The notes: generated by a model not told the origin, from the sequence alone. 63,933 nt of DNA, filler included, from Octopus bimaculoides (GCF_001194135.2; 8 parts of 8 records of this genome joined end to end with filler, not necessarily neighbours in it), one strand, 5' to 3'; positions 51,560 to 63,933 are shown, numbered from the whole stretch's first letter. Made by a program: numbers and translations.

Positions 51560-51958
51560 ATCTTTTACTTGGGTCAATGGGTTCCTCACAAACTTTCTGA
51601 GTCTAATCGCATGCAGAGAGTGAATGTGTGCTCTTCTTTGCTGTCATGTCTCACGAATGAACCATTTTGGACCAAACAGTGACTGGTGATGAGAAATGGG
51701 TTCTCTACAAAAATGTCAAGCACAGAAGACAGTGGGTAGGGAAAGGAGAAACACTGGCACCCCAGGCTAAAGAAGGTCTTCACCCACGTATGGTATTGTT
51801 ATCTGTTTGGTGGGATATGAAAGGTTTAGCCCACTTTGAACTTTTAAACCCAAACCAAAGGATAACTAAAGCGATCTACTACGAGCAGCTTGAGCAGCCT
51901 AAGTCAGCACTAAAAGAAGAACAACCATCTTTGGTTTCAAGACAAAAGGTGTTCTTCA
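51560..51958 (+). mobile_element. Mariner (DD34D) transposase fragment
   Basis: VTGDEKWVLYKN...LHPRMVLLSVWWD...FELL; ends at a gap. Confidence 0.9.
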
Positions 51959-52059
51959 NNNNNNNNNNNNNNNNNNNNNNNNNNNNNNNNNNNNNNNNNN
52001 NNTTAATTAATTAANNNNNNNNNNNNNNNNNNNNNNNNNNNNNNNNNNNNNNNNNNNNC

Positions 52060-53012
52060 TGTAGTTCCCAGCCTCTTCTCTGCTTCCATCTTTATGGATA
52101 GGACATATGGTGCCTTCCTTCAGCTTTTTGGGAAGTTTACCACTTTGCAAGGAAACTCTGGAAGAGTATCCGGAGTGGTCCCGCTAATTCTTGTTTACAC
52201 GACTTTAGGAGGACAGCTGAGAAACCATCGGGGCCAGTTGCCGAATTTGAGCTCATTTCGTTTATGGCAGCTATTACATCTTCCTCTTCAATGTCAATGT
52301 AGGTAATGGATGCAGTCTTTTTCTGTTGAGTGATATTGTCAAAGAAATCAGCTGGGTTCTTTATCTGCATGTGACTCAGACGAGAAGTGAAGACATTCTT
52401 GAATTGTGCACTGAGCACTTCACTTATCCATGTGGGGTCCGCAGTCAGTGAGCCATCAGGCAGGAATAGGGATCCTATTTTATACTGTGCCGTAGCAGTC
52501 TCTTTTGCAAATCTATAGAAAGCCTTAGGGTTTGTTTTTATGCTTTCATCTGCTCTTTCCTTTTCATGGGAGAGTTTAATCTTGTTTTCTATTTCTAACA
52601 GTGTTAGTTTTAATTTAGCCCTTTTCCTATCCTCCAGTTCTCTATTTAACTGGTTTGAGACCTTTGTTCTGTGTCTCATAAGGATTTTCCTGTCTCTAGG
52701 AATTCTATTGGCATGTTTGCTGGTCTTTCTTTTCGGCACGTATTTGGCACATATGTCTTGTATGGTTGACATAAAATGACTTAGTTTGAGGCCATTGTCT
52801 TGTATAGAAAGGCTGTCATGCCAGTTTTGATTTCGAATCTCTCTGCAAATTGACTTCCAGTTCGCCCTGTGGAAATTCAGGTTGGATATGGTTTGAGTCT
52901 TCCTGATGGGGTGGGTGTCAGTGGCTTGTCTAGAACCATACATAGTTAATTCTATAATGTTATGATCTGAGAGAGATGTAGGTGTTACTTTCACATTAGT
53001 GATTAGGCTCAT
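52060..53012 (-). mobile_element. CR1/L2-group LINE, endonuclease C-terminus to RT start
   Basis: SLSDHNII...NFHRANWKSI...NPKAFYRF...SATGPDGF..LLK..KQELAGPL. Confidence 0.85.
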
Positions 53013-55320
53013 CTTCGTTTAACGTCTGCTTTCCATGCTAGCATGGGTTGGACGATTTGACTGAGGACTGGTGAAACCAGATGGCTACACCAGGCTCTAA
53101 TCTGATTTGGCAGAGTTTCTACAGCTGGATGCCTTCCTAACGCCAACCACTCAGAGAGTGTAGTGGGTGCTTTTACGTGCCATCAGCACGAAGGCCAGTC
53201 AGGTGGTACTGGTAACGGCCACGCTCAAAATGGTGTATTTTATGTGCCACCCGCACAAGTGCCAGAAAGGCGACGTTGGGCACAGGTGCCATCACGATTT
53301 CGCTTTCGGTTGGCCCAATAAGTCTTCGCAAGCTAAGTTTCGTGTCCAATGAAGGAGACGACATTGGCATGGGTGCCAGTCGTTGAATTTAGTTCGGTTT
53401 CGATTTCACTTGCCTCAACAGGTCTTCGCAAGCGGAGTCTAGTGTCCAATGAAGGAAAGGTACGCATAAGTGGGCTGGCTACACCCCTGGCAGAGGCCTT
53501 GGATTTAGGTCTCACTTGGCTTGCCGGGTCTTCTCACGCACNNNNNNNNNNNNNNNNNNNNNNNNNNNNNNNNNNNNNNNNNNNNNNNNNNNNNNNNNNN
53601 NNNNNNNNNNNNNNNNNNNNNNNNNNNNNNNNNNNNNNNNNNNNNNNNNNNNNNNNNNNNNNNNNNNNNNNNNNNNNNNNNNNNNNNNNNNNNNNNNNNN
53701 NNNNNNNNNNNNNNNNNNNNNNNNNNNNNNNNNNNNNNNNNNNNNNNNNNNNNNNNNNNNNNNNNNNNNNNNNNNNNNNNNNNNNNNNNNNNNNNNNNNN
53801 NNNNNNNNNNNNNNNNNNNNNNNNNNNNNNNNNNNNNNNNNNNNNNNNNNNNNNNNNNNNNNNNNNNNNNNNNNNNNNNNNNNNNNNNNNNNNNNNNNNN
53901 NNNNNNNNNNNNNNNNNNNNNNNNNNNNNNNNNNNNNNNNNNNNNNNNNNNNNNNNNNNNNNNNNNNNNNNNNNNNNNNNNNNNNNNNNAGCTGGTCCCT
54001 CTACTGGGTCAACATTTGGCAGGCTCTCCTCTTCCCATTCCTTTTCCATGTCTTTCATAATGACTTCTCCAAGCCTCTTTCTTTTCAGAAGCATTAAAAG
54101 CAAATGCACCATCATCCATGCGGACACATTTCTCTCCTGTGACATCACAATTTTCTCTCACACACTGTCTTGCAATCTGAAATACCTCAGTTCTTTGGTC
54201 CTCACGTCGCTGGACATTGGCAAACTTCTCTTCTGTTTCGCCCTTGGCTATGTATACCTGCCGCCCAGCCTACCTTTTGGCTACCTGGTACAGTTTCCTG
54301 CATTCCCCACCCTTCCAGGCTTGTTTCTTTGCTCTAATGGCTTTGTCTACTGTACTATTCCACCACTACGTAACTCTAGGTCTGGAAGGGACTTTGCACC
54401 ATCTGCAGACTTGGTCTGTGGCACTCAGCAAGCTGTCCCGTAGGAATTTCCAGCTATCTTCTATGTCCGATGTCTGTGGCTCCTCCTCCCTCTCATCAAA
54501 TTTCTTGATAAGGATGTCCCGACAGCTCTGACCATTTGAAGGGTTCTTTAGCTTCCAAATCCTTCTTTTTGGGATTAGTCTTCTTCTAATGACTAGCCTA
54601 TGCTGGGGGTTACATTCTTCACCTGGGAGGGTCTTTGTATTTAAGAGTAACCCTGCATCTCGCTGTCTGTTGAGGATGAAATCAATCTGACTAGCAGAGT
54701 CCCCTGATTGATAGGTTATCAGGTGGCTGTCTGGCTTCCTGAAGTTAGTAGCCTCATCGTTCAGGGCACCAATACCATGCCCCCCATGTACTCCAGTGAA
54801 GATACCAGATTCCCACCCAACATGCCCATTAAAATCTTCAGCCACAAAGATAAGGTCATTGCCACTCATCTTTGAGGTAGCCTGTAGAAGAGTATCATAA
54901 AAGTGGTCCATCTGATCATTTGGTAGCCCCGCATGTGGGGCGTAGGCGGAGAAAATTTTAGCTGTGCTGTTCTGCAGGACTAGCCTAAGCTTAAGCATTC
55001 TATTGCATACTCTACACCCTCTATTACTTTATCCACCCATTTCTCTGCAAGGAGTATGCCTACACCCGCTACACCATCCATGTTACCTTACCAGAAGATT
55101 TTATACCTATGTGCCATGCATGTGAGGACCCTAGCTGAAGCTCCTCTCCATCTTACCTCTTGTATGCAGCATACATCAACCCGTCTCCTTTTAAACATCC
55201 CTACAATCTCACTAGACCTACCTTTCAGTGTGCCAACATTGACAGTGCAAACTCTGAAAACTGGGAAGGGAATGTGGGGTGAAGTTTGGGGAGGAGGGAT
55301 GTTATTCAGCGCCTGAAAAG
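53013..55320 (-). mobile_element. RTE-clade LINE (APE endonuclease, RT start, gap, C-terminus and 3' UTR)
   Basis: ORF 54366-54998 has IFSAYAP, EDFNGHVG, SQIDFIL and QHRLV; coding end VREKTRQAK* near 53530; the 3' UTR matches 23775-24110. Confidence 0.85.
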
Positions 55321-55432
55321 AAGGGGGAGGTTGTTGTTGTGTTCATTTTTTAGGCATGCTTCATCTACACACAAATATATATGCATACATATTTCATGTT
55401 GTTTACAGTTTGTGACATCCTGTACCCATATA

Positions 55433-55514
<82 letters not shown>

Positions 55515-56157
55515 ATTTATATTATTATTTGATTGAATGCCACGCATCCATTTCCAAGTAAGTTTATCTTAATATTTTTGATGCAACTCTACCCTATACT
55601 GTTCTCTTCCCCTATCATTTTCTCTCTCATCCTTTCTCTAATTCCTTTTTTCTGCCCTTCACCATTTTCTCTCCCTCTTTCTCCTTTACTCTCTCTCTTG
55701 TTGCTCACATGTGATCATCTTTCTTTTCCTTCAGGGCTTTTGTAAAGACTGCACGTATCCTATCTATCTCTCTGCACGTATCCTATCTATCTTTTCTCTT
55801 GTCAAAGAAAATATTTCTCCAATGTTCGCTATTTTACCTTCATCTCGTTTAACAACGCTCTATATTTGTTTCTGTTCAGTTTCCTTGTATGTCTCCACTG
55901 TCCTGATTTTGTTATCAACTTTGACCCTCCATAAATCCCAAATTTTATTTTCGATTTTGTGGGAGCAACTGCCTTTGAAGACTCATATTATCATTCAATG
56001 CACGAAATGAGGAGCAGATGGACAGCCGACAACTGATGAAGGGTTGTTCTTTATGTTACTTGTCCTGTTTTTCATTTGTTCCTCTCGTTTGCATATTCAA
56101 CTCATTTGTTTTTGTATCTCATGTTGTTTACGGTTTGTGATGTCCTGTACCCATATA

Positions 56158-56195
<38 letters not shown>

Positions 56196-56295
56196 NNNNN
56201 NNNNNNNNNNNNNNNNNNNNNNNNNNNNNNNNNNNNNNNTTAATTAATTAANNNNNNNNNNNNNNNNNNNNNNNNNNNNNNNNNNNNNNNNNNNN

Positions 56296-57135
56296 ACGGA
56301 CGAAATGCCGCTAAGCATTCTATCCGGTGTGCTAACGTTTCTGCCACCTCGCAGCCTTTAGAGAGAGAACTTAAATATCAATTTCAAATTTTAGCACAAG
56401 GCCAACAATTTCGAAGGGCGGGGTATTATATTCGATTACGTCGACCCCAGTGTCCAACTGATACTTATTATATGGAGCCCGAAAGGATGAAAGGCGAAGT
56501 CAACGTCAGCGGAATTTGAACTCAGATTGTAAAGACGGATGAAATGCTGCTAAGCATTTTGTTCGGTGTACTAACGATTCTGTGGCTTCAAATTTTGGTA
56601 CAAGGCCAGTAATTTCGGGGAAGGGGGTGAGTCGATTACATCGACCCCACTGCACAACTGGTATTTATTTTATCGGCCCCGAAAGGATAAAAGGCAGAGT
56701 CAACCTCGGCAGAATTTGAACTCTAAACATAAAGCCGGATGAAATGATGCTAAGCATTTTGTCCGCTGTGCTAGCGGCTCTGCCAGCTCGCCGCCTCCAA
56801 AGGGAACTTAATAATGGTTTCAATTTTTGGCACAAGGTCATGTATTTCTGGGAGGGGATGAGTCGATTACATCGACCTCCCGTGCTCAACTGGTAGTTAT
56901 TTTATCGACTCCCGAAAGGAGGAAAGGCAAAGTGGACCCCGGTGGAATTTGAACTCAGGACGTAAAGGCGGACGAAATGCCGCTAAGCATTTCGCCCGGC
57001 GCGGTAATGATTCTTATTTCTTTATTGCCCACAAGGGGCTAAGCATAGAGGGGACAAACAAGGAATGTAACGGCAGACGAAATACCGCTTAGCCATTTCG
57101 CCCGGCGTGCTAACGATTCTGCCAGTTCGCCGCCT
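56296..57135 (-). mobile_element. Head-to-tail array of about 4-5 tRNA-derived SINE units
   Basis: ~210-bp unit repeated; minus-strand head ggcgagctggcagaatcgttagc...gagttcaaattcc. Confidence 0.85.
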
Positions 57136-57574
57136 TGAAAGAGAACTTGATAATGAGGGAGATAATCGAGCGAGAGCAAAGACTGAGAAACAGAAGGGGA
57201 GAGTAAACAGAAAGCGACAGATGAAACAGAGAGAGAGAGGGAAGAGGAATATGGCTGAAAGAAACAGGTACAGTGAAATGAGAGAGGGGGTTTGAGAGAA
57301 ACAGTATTAACCAATACTGTGAGCGATACAAGGTGATAGTAAGAGGTGGCCGATTGAGTGAAGTGAGAATAATGGGAGGGTAAGAGTAAATGAGAAGGTT
57401 GTTGTAGTGGTGGTGAGAGGTGACACTGAGTGAAAGAAGAATGAGACAGTCAAAAAGAAGACAACGTGAGAAGAAGATATGACGGATTGACTGAGTTTCG
57501 TACTGGTTTATTGATCGATTAAGCTGGGTTGGGTGTTAAAGTATCATGGCTGTAGCGTGACACTGTCTCTTAAA

Positions 57575-57621
<47 letters not shown>

Positions 57622-58097
57622 TCACTCACTCGCACAAACGCACGCATTTTCGCTTTTTCGGCCTCATACCACAAAACTTTTCTCTCTTTCTTTCTCTCTC
57701 CTTTTGTCTCTCTACCTCTCTCTCTCTTTCTCTCTCCTTTTCTCTCTCTCTCTCTCTCTTTCTTTCTCTCCCATACACGTGCTGACTATATTACTTTATC
57801 ATTGTTTCGTTTTACTTCTCACTCACACACACACTCTCTCTCTCTTTTCTCTCTCTTCTCGTCTCTCTACTCCTCCTCTCTCTCTCTCTATACTCCTCCT
57901 CTCTCTCTCTACTCCTCCTCCTCTCTCTCTACTCCTCTCTCTCTCTACTCCTCTCTCTCTCTACTCCTCTCTCTCTCTCTACTCCTCTCTCTCTCTACTC
58001 CTCTTTCTCTCTCTACTCCTCTCTCTCTCTACTCCTCTCTCTCTCTACTCCTCTCTCTCTCTCTACTCCTCTCTCTCTCTCTCTCTCTCACTCTCTA

Positions 58098-58147
<50 letters not shown>

Positions 58148-58871
58148 CCTCTTTTCTCTCTCAATTCATGTCTCTTTCACTTTCTCTCACTCTCTCACTC
58201 TCACTCACTTTGCTCCCTCTCTTTATCTATCTATCTATCTGTCTCTTAAAACTTTCTTGCTCTCTTTCGCCTACCTCTCACATTTTCTCCCTCTCTCCTT
58301 TACTCTCTTTCTTTCTTTCCCTTTCTCTCTCTGTCTCACCTAAAACCCTTTTCTCTCCTTCTTCATTTACCTTCCTCACTTTCCCTCTTTCTCTTTCCCC
58401 CTTTATTTCTTGTCTTTCTTCCACTTGATCTCCGTACCATAATTCTGCCTGTCCTTATTTTGACAGACGATTATTCACATTTTCCCCCCACTCTTTATTT
58501 GCTCTCCTTCTCTCGAAATTCCTCTAGTTTTTTCACTCACAGTCTTTCTCTCCCCACCACTCTCCCCACCACTTTTCTCCGACAAAATATTTGTACTACA
58601 CACAAACACACGCGCATGCATACACATTTTCCCTCTTATGTGTTTCTTTTTCTCTCTCTTACAACCACTTCCTACCTCTTCGTTGTACTCTCTTTTACTT
58701 TCTCTCCCTTTCTCTCTGCTTTTCTCCGTATCTCGCTATTTGTCTATCACCTCCCTCACTCTTCTTCTCTCTCTCCTTTTCCCCCTTCTCATTAACAATC
58801 CACGTTTCTATCTATCTATCTCTCTGACTATCTATCTATCTGTCTTCCTGCCTATCCGTCTGTTTTTCTAC

Positions 58872-58929
<58 letters not shown>

Positions 58930-58980
58930 ATCTATCTAGCTAACTAGCTATCTATCTGTTTATCTATCTATCTATCTACA
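57575..58980. repeat. (CA)n, long polypyrimidine (CT)n/(CTCTCTCTACTC)n and (TATC)n tracts
   Basis: Directly visible. Confidence 0.95.
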
Positions 58981-59321
58981 TATATATNNNNNNNNNNNNN
59001 NNNNNNNNNNNNNNNNNNNNNNNNNNNNNNNNNNNNNNNNNNNNNNNNNNNNNNNNNNNNNNNNNNNNNNNNNNNNNNNNNNNNNNNNNNNNNNNNNNNN
59101 NNNNNNNNNNNNNNNNNNNNNNNNNNNNNNNNNNNNNNNNNNNNNNNNNNNNNNNNNNNNNNNNNNNNNNNNNNNNNNNNNNNNNNNNNNNNNNNNNNNN
59201 NNNNNNNNNNNNNNNNNNNNNNNNNNNNNNNNNNNNNNNNNNNNNNNNNNNNNNNNNNNNNNTATATATATGTATGCCTATCTATTCGAGACCTCGAATA
59301 TATAATATGCAATATACACAT

Positions 59322-59364
<43 letters not shown>

Positions 59365-59817
59365 AACAAGCATATATACACATACTAACCCACACATATT
59401 TCAGAATTGTATTGTCCTCTACAGCTGTTTCAGTGGCATACAACATCATCATTTATTTAATTGCGTAATATAATTAATAAATTTAAAAGCAATGACTTAT
59501 CCATATCGTCGGGAGAAAAATGGCTATCGGAACGCCTTTACAGATTTTAATATAAAAGATAGAAAGTGAAAATGAAATCACTAGCGGTGTTCTGACTACC
59601 ATATTGTTTCCTCCCGAAGAAAATAGTTGATGCATCACTTTTATTTTAATTATATAATTTCATAAATAATGATGTTATATGCCGTTGAAACAATTGTACA
59701 AGACAATTAAATGACGGCCAATGTGTGAAATTTATGCTTTTCTGATATATATGTACTAATACATGCATACATCTATGCATTTACATACACACAGACAGTA
59801 TACACACACACACATAT

Positions 59818-59854
<37 letters not shown>

Positions 59855-60048
59855 NNNNNNNNNNNNNNNNNNNNNNNNNNNNNNNNNNNNNNNNNNNNTT
59901 AATTAATTAANNNNNNNNNNNNNNNNNNNNNNNNNNNNNNNNNNNNNNNNNNNNATATATACATATATATATATATACGCATACATATATATATATAGAT
60001 GCGTGTGGTATATGCGTGTGAACATGCTGGTATATATGTGTCTGTGTG

Positions 60049-60096
<48 letters not shown>

Positions 60097-60360
60097 TGTG
60101 TGCGTAGGTAATTACATTTGTAATATGTGTTTTCTAGAGATCTACATATGTAAATAACCAGTTCTTCGAATATATACCTACTTTTCAATTTAAGTGTCAG
60201 TGTTATATAGACTTTTGGCTATATGGATCTAATTATTTCACATCTACCTGCTTTGGAACAATTACCTTATCTCAATTAAATATATGAATAAAGTCTAATA
60301 ACTTTTACCTATAAATTTCACCCATCTCAGTTAACCGAATTATGAATAGATCATTCTTAC

Positions 60361-60413
60361 CCATATACATCACCGTAAATTTCTCGCCAGTATTTGAACA
60401 CAGAAGTGAATCC
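60361..60413 (-). CDS. CYP3A-like: Cytochrome P450 CYP3-clan exon (equivalent to CYP3A exon 3): GFTSVFKYWREIYGDVYG
   Basis: aatatttcag|...53 nt...GG|gtaaga; phase 0 to 2 and 53-nt length as in CYP3A exon 3 (GFCMFDMECHKKYGKVWG). Confidence 0.85.
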
Positions 60414-60614
60414 CTGAAATATTAAAATACAAAGAATTAGTTTTCATTACAATAATTGTTCAGCTTGAAGTGTCGTAATAATTAAAATTCATAAGAATGT
60501 TTTTAACAAAGACATGAAACTAGGAGTGAAAATAAATGTTGGATATAAAGCTAAAAACAAAACAGGTAAATATAAAGTTGGAAATGTAGCAACACGAATT
60601 TACCACGACCTTAC

Positions 60615-60711
60615 CTTTCTCTTAACTTCTATCAGGTTTCCTAAGTGAGAAACTGGTGAGGGACCAGGAATCCCGAGTTCTTTGAAAAGTGAAAAGTTTC
60701 TTCTTCCAAAC
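60615..60711 (-). CDS. CYP3A-like: Cytochrome P450 CYP3-clan exon (equivalent to CYP3A exon 2): xFGRRNFSLFKELGIPGPSPVSHLGNLIEVKRK
   Basis: tttattag|G TTT GGA...AAG|gtaagg; 97 nt, phase 2 to 0; the proline hinge LFKELGIPGP..P..LGN matches CYP3A LFKKLGIPGPTPLPFLGN. Confidence 0.9.
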
Positions 60712-61109
60712 CTAATAAATTAACAAAACAAAATAAAATAAACAAGAGCACTGAGAAAGGGTAAACCTCCGCCAAAGCAACACCAACGTCATCTCCCCGG
60801 ACAGCCGGAGATGATTTAAAAAATGAAAATACCTGAAATAAACTCGACTGCTCTCACAATCGAGAATACTAAAAATGAACCCGACCGCTCTCAAAAATTC
60901 AGTGTAAAAAGAGGAAAAACAATCCAGAATCCTTGTCCGGTAACGGATCAATCCCAAAATCTAATCATTTCGTGCCAGTCACGAGGCCAAACATCCCTGA
61001 AAGTTCCATCCGAATCCATCCAGCAGTTCTTGAGATATCTTGTCCACGGAAACCAAACAAACAAACAAAAGCGACGGAAAACAATACCTCCGCCTTCGCT
61101 ATGCAAGAG

Positions 61110-61420
61110 GTAATAATTGTTTCAATTTTTGTACAAGGCCAGCAATTTCAAGAGCAGGGGCTAATTCGAGTTCATTGATGATCCCAGTGCTCAACTGTTA
61201 ATTATTTCATCGACCCCGAAAGGATGACAGGCGAAGTCAACCTCGGCGGAGCTTGATCTCAGAATGTAAAGTCGGACAAAATACCGCCAAGCATTTTGTC
61301 CGGCATGCTAGGCATGAGGCGTAGAATTTGTGGTGGTGGGGACTAGTCGATTACATCGACCCCAGTGTCTCACTGTTACTTAATTTATCCACGCCGTAAG
61401 GATGAACATCGCACCAGCAT
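61110..61420 (-). mobile_element. SINE copies (56296 family)
   Basis: ttttgtacaaggccagcaatttc...cgaccccgaaaggatg shared. Confidence 0.75.
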
Positions 61421-61544
61421 TGGTTCTCAAGCGATGGTGGAGAGGACAAACACAGACACAAAGACAGATAAATATATATATACATACATATATATATATA
61501 TATATGCATGTACGCATATACATACAATTATATATATATACATT

Positions 61545-61705
61545 CGACGGGCTTCTTTCATTTTCCGTCTACCAAATCCACTCACAAGTCTTTGGTCGGC
61601 CCGAGACTATAGTAGAAGACTCTTACCGAAGGTGCCACGTAGAGGGACTGAACCCGGAACTATGTGGTTCGGAAGTAATCTTCTTACTACTCATCCACGC
61701 CTGCG

Positions 61706-61710
<5 letters not shown>
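61545..61710 (-). mobile_element. SINE (31875 family)
   Basis: cgacgggcttctttc...gggactgaacccggaac in reverse. Confidence 0.8.
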
Positions 61711-61786
<76 letters not shown>

Positions 61787-61790
61787 GCAT

Positions 61791-62523
61791 ATAGTTCTAA
61801 ATCTCTAAACGAGATATAAGTAGTAGCAATACTAGACGGCAACTGTTTTTGGCCACTATAACAGTTGTTCTGTAAAGAACTATTTTACTATTTTTGACCC
61901 TAGGAAAACCTCCTTCCCACCTGGTTAACAACATACAACCTGTTTCCGATATAATGTCAGCAAGATAGCGAATCAGTCCCTACCAGATTGGCAAGACCAG
62001 TAGACCATGGTTTCTGGGTTTTTAACCTCCATCGGCACTGGACATCTGCGGGCTAGAGATGGCAGTCAATAATCTCTACTTACCATAGACCATATATTAA
62101 CAGAGAAGAGGCAGACAGTTGATGATCTCGTAACGAGATAAATAGCTAGTTCTAAAATCTCTAAACGAGTTATAAGTAGTAACGATACTAGACGGTAATG
62201 TTTTTTTTTTCCACTATAACACGGCTGTTCTTTCAAGAAATATGTTACTATATTTAAACCCCAGGAAAACGTATTTTCGATCAAGTTGGCGATGCATAAT
62301 CTGTGTCCAACTAGCAGGTAGGTGTCCGGTGCTGATGAAGTGTAAAGACTCAGAAACTATGGTCTACTGGTCTTGCAAGCAAGAGAAGACTGATTCGCTT
62401 CTTACAATATAACGGACACACGTTGTATGTCGTTATCCAGCTGGAAAATACGTTTTCTTTGGGTTAAAATGTAGTACCACAGTTGTTTATAGAGCAGCCA
62501 TATCATAGTGGCAAAAACAAACC

Positions 62524-62527
<4 letters not shown>
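61791..62527. repeat. Three related copies of a ~250-bp unit (direct 61791-62060, partial direct 62147-62278, inverted 62310-62527)
   Basis: Shared tagttctaaa.tctctaaacgag, ccactataac and gcaagaccagtagaccat segments. Confidence 0.8.
62326..62370 (+). ncRNA. Type I hammerhead-like motif with GUC site (second copy on minus strand, 61997-62041)
   Basis: CCGGUG-CUGAUGA-[14 nt]-GAAA-CUAUGGU-C-UACUGG; stem I pairs, stem III is self-complementary, stem II is irregular. Confidence 0.55.
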
Positions 62528-62557
<30 letters not shown>

Positions 62558-63309
62558 NNNNNNNNNNNNNNNNNNNNNNNNNNNNNNNNNNNNNNNNNNN
62601 NTTAATTAATTAANNNNNNNNNNNNNNNNNNNNNNNNNNNNNNNNNNNNNNNNNNNNTATATATATATATTTATATATATATATATGTATATGTATATGT
62701 ATATTGTACATCCAACAAAGCATATGTGTGTGTGTGCGTGTATGTGTGTGTGCGTGTATGTGTGTGTGTAAGCGTATGCATATTCACGTGCCTATGCATG
62801 GCACAAATGCATAAATAAATTCAAAGATATTCCTTGACATATATTCTAATACATTTTGTAGCTTTAAATTGCATTTTAACATTTCTTTTTGTCTTGCAGG
62901 AGACAGTACGTACATTTTCGAAAATTAAATAAAATGTCAATTTAATATACAGCCACACATGCATATATATATACATACGTACGTGTGTTTACATTTACCC
63001 ATACATATATGTACACACACATGTATGTATGTATTTATGTATGTATGTATGTATGTATGTATGTATGTATGTATGTATGTGTGTATGTATGTATTTGTGT
63101 GTATGTATGTTTATTGGTTTCTCCGGTTTGCTATGGGAAACTTCGCTTTCGTTTGTGATAAACGTAACTGTATAATGAAATTCTTCAAATGATTGATGTT
63201 GTTCAAGTATTTGATAAATGTAATTTTTGGTGTATAAATCAATCTGTTTCTTATGTAGACATTTTCTTACGAATTTTAAACTTATTTCCACGCGCTTGGT
63301 GTTCTTTGT

Positions 63310-63310
63310 G

Positions 63311-63395
<85 letters not shown>

Positions 63396-63412
63396 TGATA
63401 ATAAAAATGTGA

Positions 63413-63456
<44 letters not shown>

Positions 63457-63554
63457 CATGATAATAATCATAATAATGAAAATATGAATTATTGTTGATA
63501 TTACTATTGTTATTACTAATATTATTATTATTATTGTCGTTGTTATTATTATTA

Positions 63555-63605
<51 letters not shown>

Positions 63606-63615
63606 TTATTATTAA

Positions 63616-63650
<35 letters not shown>

Positions 63651-63690
63651 GTAGTAGTAGTAGTAGTAGTAGTAGTAATTATTGTTGTGT
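63310..63690. repeat. (TAA)n/(TTA)n/(TAG)n tracts
   Basis: Directly visible. Confidence 0.95.
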
Positions 63691-63877
63691 TTTTTGTTGT
63701 TCTTGTCGCGGCGGCGTTGTTTAAAGAATTGTGTTGAATTGTAGCGTTTTGAGATTAATATATATATATATTTTTTTAAATGTAAATGTTTCGCTGCACG
63801 ATTTAAAATAATCACAATGTATAGTTGCATAATTGTATGCCTATACTCACACACACACGCACACACACACATACACA

Positions 63878-63933
<56 letters not shown>

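Noticed and set aside
59440-59540. RSDSHFSPDDMDKSLL as a possible later P450 exon
   Set aside because: Weak acceptor, no W..(K/R)R..L.P.F motif, and an in-frame stop follows.
60767-60835. Possible P450 exon 1 (MTLVLLWRR ending AG|gtttac, or VYFR ending AG|gtattt)
   Set aside because: Both are phase-compatible. The first needs a weak donor, a 55-nt intron and a too-short anchor; the second has no in-frame ATG. Exon 1 is left unassigned.
62125-62150. Hairpin followed by CTAG|T, like a Helitron 3' end
   Set aside because: The CTAG overlaps the start of the duplicated unit, and no 5' TC end could be assigned.

Overview
Repeat-dense animal genomic DNA from a gapped draft assembly, with many N runs and an artificial TTAATTAATTAA linker inside several gaps. 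The very high microsatellite load and the tRNA-derived SINE families suggest an octopus or other coleoid cephalopod; this is inference, not a database result. Most of the window is transposon debris: Penelope-like elements (RT and GIY-YIG parts), RTE, CR1-like and Tx1/L1 LINEs, mariner, maT/DD37D-type and hAT (Buster/Charlie-like) DNA transposons, MITE-like hairpins and several SINE families. The only clearly recognisable host coding sequence is two minus-strand exons (60615-60711, 60361-60413) of a CYP3-clan cytochrome P450, with CYP3A-type intron phases; I could not find its other exons. The most interesting signal is a set of minimal type I hammerhead ribozyme motifs with palindromic stem III. 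One family sits in a tRNA-like head + (AAT)n + hammerhead module at a Penelope terminus. A second family, with an ACCAUGGU stem III and a GUC site, sits in a duplicated and inverted unit just upstream of the P450 exons. A CpG-depleted domain (~24-53 kb) contains a speculative in-frame chain of minus-strand microexons. No CRISPR array, rRNA or intact tRNA was seen. Many repeat boundaries are approximate (tens of bp).
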